Below, one piece after another: positions 43,641 to 56,939 of a stretch of 64,000 nucleotides of DNA. Made by a program: the position numbers and the translations under genes. The notes beneath the pieces were generated by a model. The model had not been told where the DNA came from, searched no databases, and saw only the letters and a program-made list of their open reading frames with translations. The first letter of the stretch is position 1. Each line of letters begins with the position of its first letter. Origin of the DNA: the human T2T-CHM13v2.0 reference genome, Homo sapiens; NCBI RefSeq assembly GCF_009914755.1, contig NC_060938.1, one strand, 5' to 3'.

Positions 43641-46600
43641 CCGGTCCTTGCCATTCGATTCCATTCCATTCGATTCCATTCCATACTATTGAATTCCTTT
43701 CGATTCCATTCTATTCAAATAAATTGCATTCGAGACTACTCCTTTGAAATCCATTTTATTTGAGCCCATTGCATTCGAGTCCATTACATTTGGGTCCATT
43801 CCATTCCATTCCATTCCCATCCATGGCATTTGATGCCATCCATTCGATTCTACTTCTTTCGAGTCCATTCCATTCAAGTCCATTCCATTTCATTGTACTC
43901 CATTCCATTTGCTGCCGTTCCATTCGAATGTATTCAATTCTAATCCTTTCCATTCCATTCCTTTCCATCTGATTCCATTGCATTCTATTCCTTTCCATTC
44001 GATTATATTCCATTCCATTCCATTCATTTCCATTCCATTCGAGTCCATTCCATTCCATTCGATGCCATTCCATTCGATTCTATTCCAATCGAATCCATTC
44101 CATTCCATTCTGTTCTATTCAATGCCATTCCATTGTATTTCTCTCCATTCCACTCCATTCCTTTCCATTGCATTCAATTCATTTCCGTTCCATTCGAGTC
44201 CATTCCACTGCAATCCATTCCATGCCACTCCATTCCATTCGAGTCCATTCCATTCCTTTCCTTTCCATTCGATATCTTTCCATTACACTTCATTCCCTTC
44301 TATTCATTTCGATTCCATGCAATTCCATTCCATTCGGTTCCATTGCATTCAACTCCATTCCACTCGATTCCATTCTATTCCATTGCATTCCATTATGTTC
44401 CATTTGATTCCAATCTATTCGATTCCATTTTGGTCCAGTCCATTCCATTCGATTCCATTCCATTCGATTCCATTCCACTCGATTCCACTCCATTCCTTTC
44501 CATTGCATTCCATTCTCTTCCATTCCATTGTATTCCATTCCATTCCATTTGATTCCATTCCATTTGATTCCATTCCATTAGAATCCACTTCATTCCATTC
44601 CATTCCACTTCATTCCATTCCATTGCATTCCATTCACTTCCATTCCTTTGCATTCCATTCCATTCCATTCCTTTGCATTCCATTCCATTCCATTTGATTA
44701 CATTCCTTTAGATTCCATTCCATTCAAATCAATTACATTGCAATCCATTACATTCGAGTCCGTTCTATTCCAGTCCATTCCATTCCGGACCATTCCATTT
44801 GATTCCATTCCATTAGATTCGATTCCATACTATTGCATTACTTTCGATTCCATTCTTTCAAATAAATTATATGTGAGACCATTCCATTCGAGTCCATTCT
44901 ATTTGAGTCCATTCCATTCGAGTCCATTACATTTGGGTCCATTCTTTCCATTCCATTGCATTCTATTCCACTCCATTTCATTCGATGCTATTCCATTCTT
45001 TTCTATTCCATTCGAGTCCATTCCATTAGAGTCCACTCCATTCCATTCCATTCCTTTCGATGCCATTCCATTCGACTCCATTCCATTCGAGTCGTTTCCA
45101 TTCCATTCCATTCCATTCTGTTCGATTCCAATCCGTTCGATTCCCTTTTGTTCCAGTCCATTCCATTCGAATCCTTTCCATTCCAGTAGACTCCATTCGA
45201 TTCCATTCCATTTTGTTCAATTCCTTTCGATAACATTCAACTCGATTCCACTCCATTCCATTCCATTGCATTCCATTATACTCCATTCCATTCCATTGTA
45301 TTCAATTCCATTGTGTTCCATTCCATTCCATTTGATTACTTTCCATTCGATTCCATTCCATTCGAATCAAGTTCATTGCAATCCATTACATTTGTGTTCG
45401 TTCTGTTCCTGTCCTTTCCATTGCGGTCCATTCCTTTTGATTCCATTCCATTCTATTGTATTCCACACTATTGCCTTCCATTCAATTCCCTTCTATTCGA
45501 ATAAATTCCTTTCGAGACCATTCCTTTTGAGTCCATTCTATATGAGTCCATTGCTTTTGAATCCACTTCATTTGTTTCCATTCCATTCCATTCCATAACA
45601 TTCCCTTCCATGCCATTCGATGCCATTCCATTCAATTCTATTTCATTCGAGTCCATTCCATTCGAGTCCATTCCATTCCATTCCACTCCATTCCACTCGA
45701 TGCCATTTCATTCGATTGTATTGCATTCGACTCCATTCCATTCCATTAGTTTCCATCTGATTCCATTTCGTTCTATTCCTTTCCATTCCATTCGTTTCCT
45801 TTCCCTTCGAGTCTATTCCATTCCATTGCATTCTATTCCATTTCATTAGATGCCATTCCATTCAATTCTATTCCATTCGATTCCATTCCATTCCATTCCA
45901 TTCCAGTCCTTCTGACTCCATTCCATTATATTACTTTCCATTCCATTCCATTCCATTCCATTCCATTCCTTTCCATTGCATTCCATTCGTTTCCATTCCA
46001 TTCTAGTGCATTTCTCTCCATTCCATTCCATTCGAGCCCATTCCATTCCTTTCCATTCGATATCTGTCCATGACAGTCCATTCCCTTCTAATCCTTTCGA
46101 TTCCCTGCAATTCCATTCCATTTGGTTCTATTCCATTTGACTCCATTCCATTCGAGTACATTCAATTCCACTCCAATCCATTCCATTCCATTCCATTCCA
46201 CTTGATTCCAATCTGTTCTATTCAATTTTGTTCCTGTCCATTCCTTTCAAGTCCTTTCCATTCCAGTCCATTGCATTCGATTCCATTCCATTCGATTCCA
46301 TTACATTCAATTCCATTGCACTCGATTCCACTCCATTTCATTCCATTGCATTCTATTCTCTTCCATTCCATTGCATTCCATTACATTCCATTTGATTACA
46401 TTCCATTCGATTCCATTCCATTTGAATCAATTACATTGCAATCCATTACATTTGAGTCCGTTCTATTCCAGTCCATTCCATATCGGTCCACTCCATTTGG
46501 TTAGATTACATTTGATTCCATTAAATACTATTGCATTCCATTCGATTCCATTCTATTCGAATAAATTCCATTTGATACCATTCCTTTTGAGTCCATTCTT

Positions 46601-49600
46601 TTTGAGTCCATTCCATTCGAGTCCATTACATTTGGGTCCATTCCATTCCATTCCATTCTATTCCATTTCATTCTATTTGATGCCATTCCATTCTATTCTA
46701 TTCCATTTGAGTCCATTCCTTTCGTGTCCATTCCATTCCATTCCATTCCATGGCATTCCATTCGACTCCATTCCATTCTAGTCGATTCCATTCCATTCCA
46801 TTCCGTTCCTTTCGATTCCAATCCATTTGATTCCAATTTGTTCCAGCCCATTCCATTCGAGTCCATTCCATTTGTTTCCATTCCATTCTATTCAATTCCT
46901 TCCGATTTCATTCCACTCGATTCCACTCTGTTCCATTCTGTTGCATTCCATTATACTCCATTCCATTCCATTCCATTCCATTCCATTCCATTCCATTCCA
47001 TTCTAGTCCATTCCTTTCCAGTCCATTCCATTCGATTCCATTGCATTCGATTCAATTCCTTCCATTTCCATTCCACTCAATTCCACTCCATTCCATTCCA
47101 ATGCATTCCATTCTACTCCTTTCCATTCCATTCTATTTTATTCCATTTCATTCCATTCCATTCCATTTGATTACATTCCATTCAATTCCATTCCATTCGA
47201 ATCAATTACTTTGCAATCCGTTACATTCGTGTCCGTTCAATTCCATTCCATTCCATTACGGTCTATTCCATTGAATTCCATTCCATTCATTTCCATTCCA
47301 TACTACTTCATTCCATTCGATTCCATTCTATTTGAATAAATTCCATTCGAGACCTTTGCTTTCGAGTCCACTCTATTTGAGTCCATTATATTCGAGTCCA
47401 TTCTATTCGAATCCATTACATTTGGGCCCATTCCATTCCATTCCATTCCATTCGATGCCATTCCATTCAATTCTATTCAATTCGAGTCAATTCCATTGGA
47501 TTCCATTCCATTGCATTCCATTCCATTCAATGCCATTGCATTCGATTCTATTCCTTTCGACTCCATTCCTTTCAGTTCCATTCAATCTGATTCCATTCCA
47601 TTCTAATCCTTTCCACTGCATTCCATTCCATTCTTTTCCATTCTGTTCTTGTCCATTCCACTCCACTCCATTCCATTCGAGTCCATTCCATTCAAGTCCA
47701 TTCCTCTCCACTCCATTCCATTCGAGTCCATTCCACTCCAGTCCATTTCATTCAAGTCCATTCTTTTCCTTTCCATTCCATTCGATATCTTTCCATTACA
47801 CTCCTTTCCATTCTAATCCTTTAGATTCCATTCAATTCCATTCCATTTGGTTCCATTCCTTTCGACTCCATTCCATTGGAGTCCATTCCAATTCATTCCA
47901 TTCCGTTCCGTTCAATTCCAATCCATTCCATTCCATTTTGTTCCAGTATATTCCATTCGAGTCCATTTCATTCCAGTCAAATCCATTCGATTCCATTCTA
48001 TTCGATTCCTTTGCATTTCATTCCATTCCACTGGACTCTATTCCACTCAATTCCACTCCGTTCCATTCCGTTGCATTCCATTCTATTCCATTACATTGCA
48101 TTCCATTCCATTCTATTTGATTACATCTTATTTGATTCCATTCCATTCGAAACAATTACATTTCAATCCATTACATTCGAGTCCGGTGAATACAAGTCCA
48201 TTCCATTCCAGTCCATTCCATTCGATTCCATTATATTCGATTCCATTCCATACTATTGCATTCCTTTCGATTCCATTCTATTCGAATAAATTCTATTCGA
48301 GACCATTCCTTTCGATTCCATTCTGTTTGTGTCCATTGCATTTGATTTCATTCAATTTGGGTCCATACCATTCCATTCCTTTCCATTCCATTCCATTCGA
48401 TGCCCTTCCATTCGATTCTATTCCATTCGAGTCCATTCCATCTGAGTCCATTCCATTCCACTCCATTCCATTCTTGTCCATTCCATTTGAGTCCGTTCCA
48501 ATCCAGTCCATTCCATTCGACTCCATTCCACTCCAGTCCATTCCATTCGAATCCATTCCATTCCAGTCCATTCCATTCCATGCCATGCCTTGCCATTCCA
48601 TTCGATATGTTTCCATTACAATCCATTCCATTCTATTCTTTTTATTCCGTTCAATTCCATTCCATGTTATTCTATTCCATTCGACTCCATTCCGTTTGAG
48701 ACCATTCCATTCCATCTCGTTCCATTTGATTGCAATCCGTTCGATTCCATTTTGTTCCATTATATTCCGTTTGAGTGCATTCCATTACAGTCCATTCCAT
48801 TCGATTCCAGTCCATTTGATTCCATTCTATTCCAATTGATTCCACTCCGTTCCATTACATTGCATTCCATTCTATTCCATTCCATTCCTTTTGGTTACAT
48901 TCAATTCGATTTCATTCCATTCGAGTCAATTACTTTGCAATCCATTACATTCGAGTCCATTCTATTCCAGTCCATTCCATTCCAGTCCATTCCATTCGAT
49001 TTCCATTCCATTCCATTCCATTCCATACTATTGCATTCCATTTGGTCCCAATGTTTTCGAATAAGTTCCCTTCGAGGCCATTCCTTTAGAGTCCATTCTA
49101 CTTGAGTCCATTCCATTCGAGTCCATTACATTTGGATCCATTTCATTCCATTCCATTCCATTCGATGCCATTCCATACAATTATATTCCGTAGGTGTCCA
49201 TTCCATTCGAATCCATTCCATTCCATTCGATTCCATTGCATTCCATTAGATTACAATCCATTCGATTGCATTCCATTCAAATCAATTACTTTTCAATGCT
49301 TTAAATTCTAGTATGTTCTATTCCAGTCCATTCCATTCCTGTCCATTCCATTCAATTCAATTCCATTCAATTCCATTTCATTCGATTCCATTCCATACTG
49401 TTGCATTCAATTCGATTCCATTCTCTTCGAATAAATTCCATTCGAGACAATTCCTCTTGAGTCCATTCCATTCGAATCTATTCCATTCAATTCCATTCCG
49501 TTCGATTCCATTCCACTCGATTACACTCCGTTCCATTCAATTGCATTCCATTCTGTTCCATTCCATTGCATTCCTTTCCATTCCATTTGACTACATTAAA

Positions 49601-50030
49601 TTCGATTCCATTCCATTCGAGTCAATTACACTGCAATCCATTACATTAGAGTGTGTTGTATTCCAGTTCATTCCATTCTGTTCCATTCCATTCGATTCCA
49701 TTCCATTGGATTCGATTCCATACTATTTCATTCCTTTCAAATCCATGCTATTCGAATAAATTCCATTCGAGACCATTCCTTTCCAATCCATTCTATTTCA
49801 GTCCCTTCAATTCGAGTCCATTGCAATGGGGTCCATTCAATTCCACTCCATTCCATTCCATTCCATTCCATTCACTTTGATGCCATTCCATTCCATTCTA
49901 TTCCACTTGAATCTATTCCATTCGAGTCCATTCCATTCCATTCCACTCCATTCCATTTGATTCCATTGCATTCAATTCTATTCCATTCGACTCCATTCCA
50001 TTCCATTCCATTCCATTCCATTCCATCCGA

Positions 50031-50160
50031 TTCCATTCCATTCCACCCCATTCCATTCTATTCCTTTCCATTCCATTCCATTCATTCCATTCCTTTCCAT
50101 TCCACCCCATTCCATTCTATTCCTTTCCATTCTATTCCATTCATTCCATTCCATTCCATT
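50031..50160 (+). repeat. 59-bp tandem duplication
   Basis: TTCCACCCCATTCCATTCTATTCCTTTCC occurs at 50041 and 50100. Both copies are followed by the same 1-bp deletion (CATTCATTCC). Confidence 0.82.
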
Positions 50161-53100
50161 CCATTCCATTCCATATTTCCATTCAATTCGATTCCATTCG
50201 ATTCCAGGACATTACATTCCAGTCCATTCCATTAGAGTTCTTTCCAATAGAATCCATTCTGTTCCATTCCATTCGATATATTTCCAATCTGTTCCATTCC
50301 ATTCTATTCCTTTCGATTCCATTCAACTCTACACCATTCTATTCCATTTCATTCGACTCCATTCCATTCGATTCAATTCCAATCCATTCCATTAAATTTC
50401 GTTCTGTTCGATTCCAATCCGTTCGATTCCTTTTTTTCCGGTCCATTCCATTCGAGTCCATTCCATTCCAGTCCATTCCAATTGGTTCCATTCCACTCGA
50501 TTCCATTCCATTTGATTCCATTCTATTTGATTCCACTCCATTCCATTCCATTGCATTCCATTCTATTTCATTCCATTCCATTTGATTACATTCGATTCTA
50601 TTCTATTCCATTCAAATCATTTACATTTCAGTCCAATACATTCGAGCCCATTCTATTCCATTCCATTCCATTCTGTTCCATTCCTTTTGATTCCATTCCA
50701 TTCGATTCCATTCCATACTTTTCCATTACATTCTACTCTGTTCTATTCGAATAAATTCCATTCGAAGCCAATTCTTTCAAGTCCAGTTTTTTTGAGTCCC
50801 TTCCATTCGAGTCCATTACATTTGGGTCAATTGCATTCCATTCCTTTCCATTCCATTTCATGCCATTCCATTTGAATCTATTCCATTCGAGTCCATTCCT
50901 TTCCATTCCATTCCATTCCATTCCATTCGTTGTCATTCGATTCGATTCTATTCCATTTGACTCCATTCCATTCCATTCCATTCCATTCCATTCCATTCCA
51001 TTATGTTCCATCCGATTCCAATCCATTCTATTCCTTTCCATTCCAATCCAAGCCACTCGATTCCATTCCATTCCATTCCAATCCATTTCATTTGTTACAT
51101 TTCCATTCGCGTCGTTTCCACTCCACTCCATTCCATTCGAGTCCATTCAATTCCACTACATTCCATTTGACTCCATTCCATTCGATTTCTTTTCATTAAA
51201 ACCATTCCATTCTATTCCTTTGGATTCCATTAAATTCCATTCTTTTCCATTCCATTCCATACCATTCCATTCCATTCCTTTTGACTCCATTTCATTCGAG
51301 TCCATTCCATTCAATTCCATTCTCTTCCATTCTATTCCAATCTATTCAATTTCATTTTCTTCCAGTCCAATCCATTCGAGTCCATTACATTCCAATCCAT
51401 TCCAATCGATTCCATTCCTTTCAATTCCATTCCGTTGAATTCCATTCCATTCGATTCAAGTCCAATCCATTCCACTGCATTACTTTCTATTCCATTCCAA
51501 TGCATTCCATTCCACTCCGTTTGATTACATTCCATTCGATTCCATTCCATTCAAATCAATTACATTGCAATCCATTACATACGATTCCATTCTATTCCTG
51601 TCCATTCCATTCCTTTCCATTCCATTTGATTCTATTCCATTAGAATCCATTCCATACTATTGCATTCCATTCGATTCCATTCTATTCGAATAAATTCCAT
51701 TCGGGACCATTCCTTTCAAGTTCATTCTATTTGAGTCCATTCCATTTGATTACATTACATTTTGTTCCATTCCGTTCCAATCCATTCCATTCCATTCGAT
51801 GCCATTCCATTTGATTCTAACCCGTTCGAGTCCATTCCATTCGACTTCATTCCATTCCATTCAATTCCATTCCATTTCATTCCATTCCATTCCATTCGAA
51901 GCAATTCCTTTGGATTCTATTCCATTCGACTCCATTCCATTCAATTCCATTTCAACCGATTCCATTCCATCCGATTCCATTCCATTCCATTCCACTCGTT
52001 TCCATTCCATTCGTGTCCATTCCACTCCAGTCCATTCCATTCGAGTAAATTCCAATCCAGTCCGTTCCATTGAAGTCCATTCCATTCCATTTGATGTCTT
52101 TCCATTACACTCCCTTCCATTCCATTCCTTTTGGTGCTATTCCATTCCATTCTATTCCATTTGAGTCCATTCCATTAGAGACCATTTCATTCCATTGTGT
52201 TCCATCCTTTCTGCTTCCATTCCATTCTACTCCTTTCCGTTCCATTCCATTTCATTCCATTCCATTCGTGTTCATTACATTCGAGACTATTCCACTCCAG
52301 TCCATTAAATTCAAGACCATTCCATTCCAGTCCATTCCATTCCGTTCTGCTCAATTCCAATCCGTTCAATTCCATTGTGTGCCAGTTCATTCCATTCCAG
52401 TCTATTTCATTCGATTCCATTCCATTTGATTCTATTCCTTATTATTGCATTCCATTCGATTCCATTCTATTTGAATAAATTGCATTCGAGTCCATTCCTT
52501 TTGGGTCTATTCTATTTGAGTCCATTCCATTCGAGTCCATTATATTTGTGTCCATTCCACACTATTCCATTCCATTACATTCCATTCCACGCCCTTCCAT
52601 TCCATTCTATTCCATTTGAGCCCACTCCATTTGAGTTCATTCCATTCCACTCCATTCCTTTCCATTTGATGCCATACTATTCTATACTATTCCATTTGAC
52701 TCCATTCCATTCCATTCCATTTGATGCCATATCATTCTATTCTATTCCATTTGGCTCCATTCCATTCCATTCCTTTCCATCCGATTCCATTCCTTTCTAT
52801 TCCTTTTCATTCCGTTCCCTTCCACTGCATTGCATTCCATTCCATTCCATTGGTTTCCATTCCATTTGAGTCCATTCAACTCCAATACATTCCATTTGAT
52901 TCCATTCCCTTCGACTCCATTCCAATCGAGTCCATTCCATTCCATCAATTCCTTTCAGCTTGATTCCAATCCGTTCAATTCTATTTTGTTCCAGTCCATT
53001 CCATTCGAGTCCTTTCCATTCCAGTCCATTCCTTTCAATTCCATTCCATTCGATTCCATTCCATTTGATTCCATTCTACTTGATTCCACTACGTTCCATT

Positions 53101-56100
53101 CAATTGCATTCCATTCTTTTCCATTCCATTGCATTCCATTATATTTCCTTCCTTTGCATTCCATTCCACTAAATTTGATTACATTCCATTCGATTCCATT
53201 CCATTCTAATCAATTACATTTCCGTCCATTACATTCGCGAACACTCTATTCCAGTCCATTCCATTCCCCTCCATTTCATTCGATTCCATTCCATTTGATT
53301 CCATTCCATACTATTGCATTCCAGTCAATTCCATTCTATTCGAATAAATTCCATTTGAGAACATTCCTTTTGAGTTCAATCTATTTGAGGCCATTCCATT
53401 CGAGTCCATTACATTTGGGTCCATTCCATTCGATGCCATTTCATTCTATTCTTTCCAATCTATTTCCCTCCACTCCACTACACTCCATTAAATGTCATTA
53501 CACCCCATTCCATTCCACTCCATTTCAATCCACTCTACTCCACTTCGCCGCATTCCATTTGATTCCATTGAATGCCATTCGATTTCATTCCATTCGATTC
53601 CATTCCATTCCATTCTCTTCCATTCAATTCCATTCCATTTGATTCCATTCCATCCCAATCCATTCCTTTCCATTCCATTGCATTCCATTCCATTCCATTC
53701 CATTCAATTCTATTCCATTCATTCCATTCATTTCCATTTCATTCCATTCCATTCCATTGCATTTCATTTCCACTCCCCTCTACTTCACTCCATTCCGTTC
53801 AATTCCATTCCTTCTCATTCCATTCCACTCCATTCCACTCCTATGCATTCCGTTTCACTCAATTCCATTCCACCCCTTTCCATTCCCCTCCATTTCACTC
53901 CTCTCTTCTCCACTGCTTTCCAGTTGATGCCTTTCGATTAAATTCCATTCGATTCCATTCCACTGTATTCCATTCCAATCGATTGCACTCCAGTCCTCTC
54001 CATTCCAATCCATTCCGTTCCATTCTATTCGATTTCATTCCACTCCACTCCACTCTGATCCACTCCATTCCATTCTATTACATTGTATTCAACTCCATTC
54101 CATTCAATTCCATTCTATTCCTTTCCACTCCACTCTACTACACTCCATTGAAATCCATTCCTCCCCATTCCTTTCCACTCCATTCCATTCCACTGCACTC
54201 CATTTCAATGCATACCATTCGATTACAGTCGTTTCCAGTCGATTCCATTCTATTCGATTCCAAACCTTTTGATTTCACTCCATTCGATTTGATTCGATTC
54301 CATTCCATTCCATTCGATTTCATTCCTTTCGATTTGATTTTATTCCATTCGGGTCCATTCCTTTCGAATATATTTCACTTGATTGCATTCCATTCGAGTC
54401 CATTTCATTCGAGTCCATTATATTAAATTCCATTCTTTCCATTCCATTCCAGTCCTTTCCATTCCAGTCCATTCCAATCCAATCCAATCCACTCCACTCC
54501 ACTCCACTCCATTCAATTCCATTCCTTCCAATTCCATTCCATTCCACTCCATTCCCCTCCACTCCACTACACTCCATTCAATTTATTTCCACCCCATTCC
54601 ATTGCACCCCATGACAATCCATTCCACTCCACTTCATCACATTCCATTTGATTCCGTTCTTTGCCATTCAATTCCATTCCTTTCGATTGCCTTCCACTCT
54701 ATTCCTCTCCATTTGATTCCATTCCATTCTATTCCATTCCCGTCGATTCATTTCCATTCGATTGAATTACATTCGAGGACATTCCATTCAATTCGTTTCC
54801 ATTGCAGTCCATTCCTTTTGAGTCCATCCCATTCGGGACTCTTCCATTCCAGTCAATTCCATTCGAGCCCATTCTATTCCAATCCATTTTAGTCTAGTCC
54901 ATTCCACTGGAGTCCATTCCATTCGAGTCCATTCCATTCGAGTCCATTCCATTCCAGTCTATTCCGTTTGAGTCTATTCCGTCGGAGTCCATTATATTCT
55001 TTTCCATTCTCTTCCTTCCCTTTCCTTCCTTTCCATTCCATTCCACTCCACTCCATTCCATTCCTTTCCACTTCACTCCATTCCATTCCACTCCACTCCA
55101 TTCTATTCCACTGCATTCCACTCCATTCCACTTTTCCATTCCATTCCATTCCATTCCATTCCATTCCATTCCATTCTATTGCATTCCATTCCACTCCGCT
55201 CTGCTCCACTCCACTCCATTCAATTCCATTCGTTCTCATTCCAATCCACTCCATTCTTCTCCAATCCACTGCATTCCATTCAATTCCACTGCATTCCACT
55301 CCTCTCTACTCCACTTCACAGCATTCCAGTCGATGCCATTCTATTCCATTCCATTCCATTTCAATTCATTCCATTTCATTTGATTCCATTCCATTCCATT
55401 CAATTCTGTTCCATTCCATTCCATTCCATTTCATTCCATTCCTTTCCTTTCCATTCCATTCAATTCAATTCGAGTCTGTTCCATTCAATTCCATTCCATT
55501 GGATTCCTTTCCAAACTATTCCATTCCATTCAATTCCATGCCATTAAAGTACATTCCCTTCGAGTCCAGTCTAGTCCATTCCATTCCATTCCATTCCATT
55601 CCATTCCCCTCCACTCCACTCAACTCCACTCCACTACATTCCATTCCATTCTATTCCATTACATTCCATTCCACTCCAGTCGACTCCATTCCATTCCATT
55701 CCTCTCCATTCCATTCCATTCCATTCTATTCCTTTACACTCCACTCCCCTTCACTCCACTCCGTTCCACTTCACTCTATTCCATTCCATTCCACTGCATT
55801 CCAATCCACTCCAATCCACTCCACTCAATTCCATTCCTTCCCATTCCATTCCATTCCACTCCATTGCACTCCATACAATTGAGTTCCACATCATTAAATT
55901 CCACTCCATTACACTCCACTCCACTTAACCGCATTCCATTAGATTCTATACGATGCCATTCTGTTCCTTTACTTTCCATTTCATTCCAGTCAATTCCATT
56001 CTATTCAATTCCATTCCATTCGATTCCATTTCTTTCGATTCCATTCCATTGTTTCCATTCAATTTGATTCCCTTCCACTCGATTCCACTGCATTTGGGTG

Positions 56101-56939
56101 CTTTTCATTCGAGTCCATTCCATTCCTCTCCATTCCCTCCCAGTCCATTCCAGTCCAGTCCATTTTACTCGAGTCCATTCCATTCCATTCCATTCCTTCA
56201 TATTCCATTCCACTATACTCCATTCCATTCCATTGCATTGCAATCCACTCCACTCCGTTCAATTCCACTCCTACCCATTCCAATCCATTCCATTCCATTC
56301 CATTGCATTCCTTTCCAATCTATTGCAATCCATTCCATTCCATTCCACTCCATTCCACTCCATTCCATACGATTCCACTCCACTCGACTCCACTCCATTC
56401 CTTTCCATTCCATTCAACTCAACTCCAAACAAATCCACTCCCCTCGATTCCTCTACATTCCACTCTATTCCACTCCAATCCACTCCACTCCACTCCATTC
56501 CATTCCATTTCATTGCATTCCACTCCACTCCACTCCGTTCAATTCCATTCCTTTAAATTCCATTTTATTCCATTCCGTTAGATTCCACTGCACTCCACTC
56601 CATTGAATTCCATTCCAACCTATTCCATTCCACACCATTCCACTCCACTCCACTCTAGTTCACCGCATCCCATTCAATTCCATTCGATGTCATTCGATTC
56701 CCTTCCATTCAGTTCCATTCCATTCGATTCCATTCCATTTAATTTCATTCCTTTGGATTCCATTCCGTTAGATTCCATTACATTCGAGGCCATTCCATTC
56801 CAGTATACTGCATTCAGGTCCATTCTGTTTGGGTCCATTACATTCGAGTCCATTCTACTCGCGTCCATTACATTTCATTCCATTCCACTCCACTCCATTC
56901 CACTCCACTCCATTACACTACATTCTACTCCACTCCATT

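Larger units (their letters stand above)
1..53450 (+). repeat. Domain A: satellite sub-array with a diverged ~0.9 kb monomer
   Basis: The landmark CTATTCGAATAAATTCCATTCGAGACC (or a close variant) recurs about 59 times, e.g. AATAAA at 371, 1755, 2654, 3622, 4497 ... 51689, 52474, 53343, with mean spacing ~913 bp. Modules keep a fixed order: GAATCAATTACATTGCAATCC, CATACTATTGC, GAATAAATT, TACATTTGGGTCC, GATGCC, CCATCCGATTCC, GATATCTTTCCATTACAC, CCAATCCGTTCGATTCCATTTTGTTCC, CACTCGATTCCACTCCGTTCC. Confidence 0.9.

Noticed and set aside
371-53343. CRISPR-like pattern of a conserved ~27-bp motif separated by variable sequence
   Set aside because: Spacing is 310-1950 bp, the intervening DNA is homologous pentamer satellite rather than unique spacers, and there are no cas genes or leader.
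1-53450. DYZ1-type 3.6-kb or other homogeneous higher-order repeat
   Set aside because: No constant multi-kb period with near-identical copies is present. Duplication offsets are heterogeneous (0.9, 1.44, 1.9, 2.1, 5.6, 7, 9.5 kb) and the copies are diverged.
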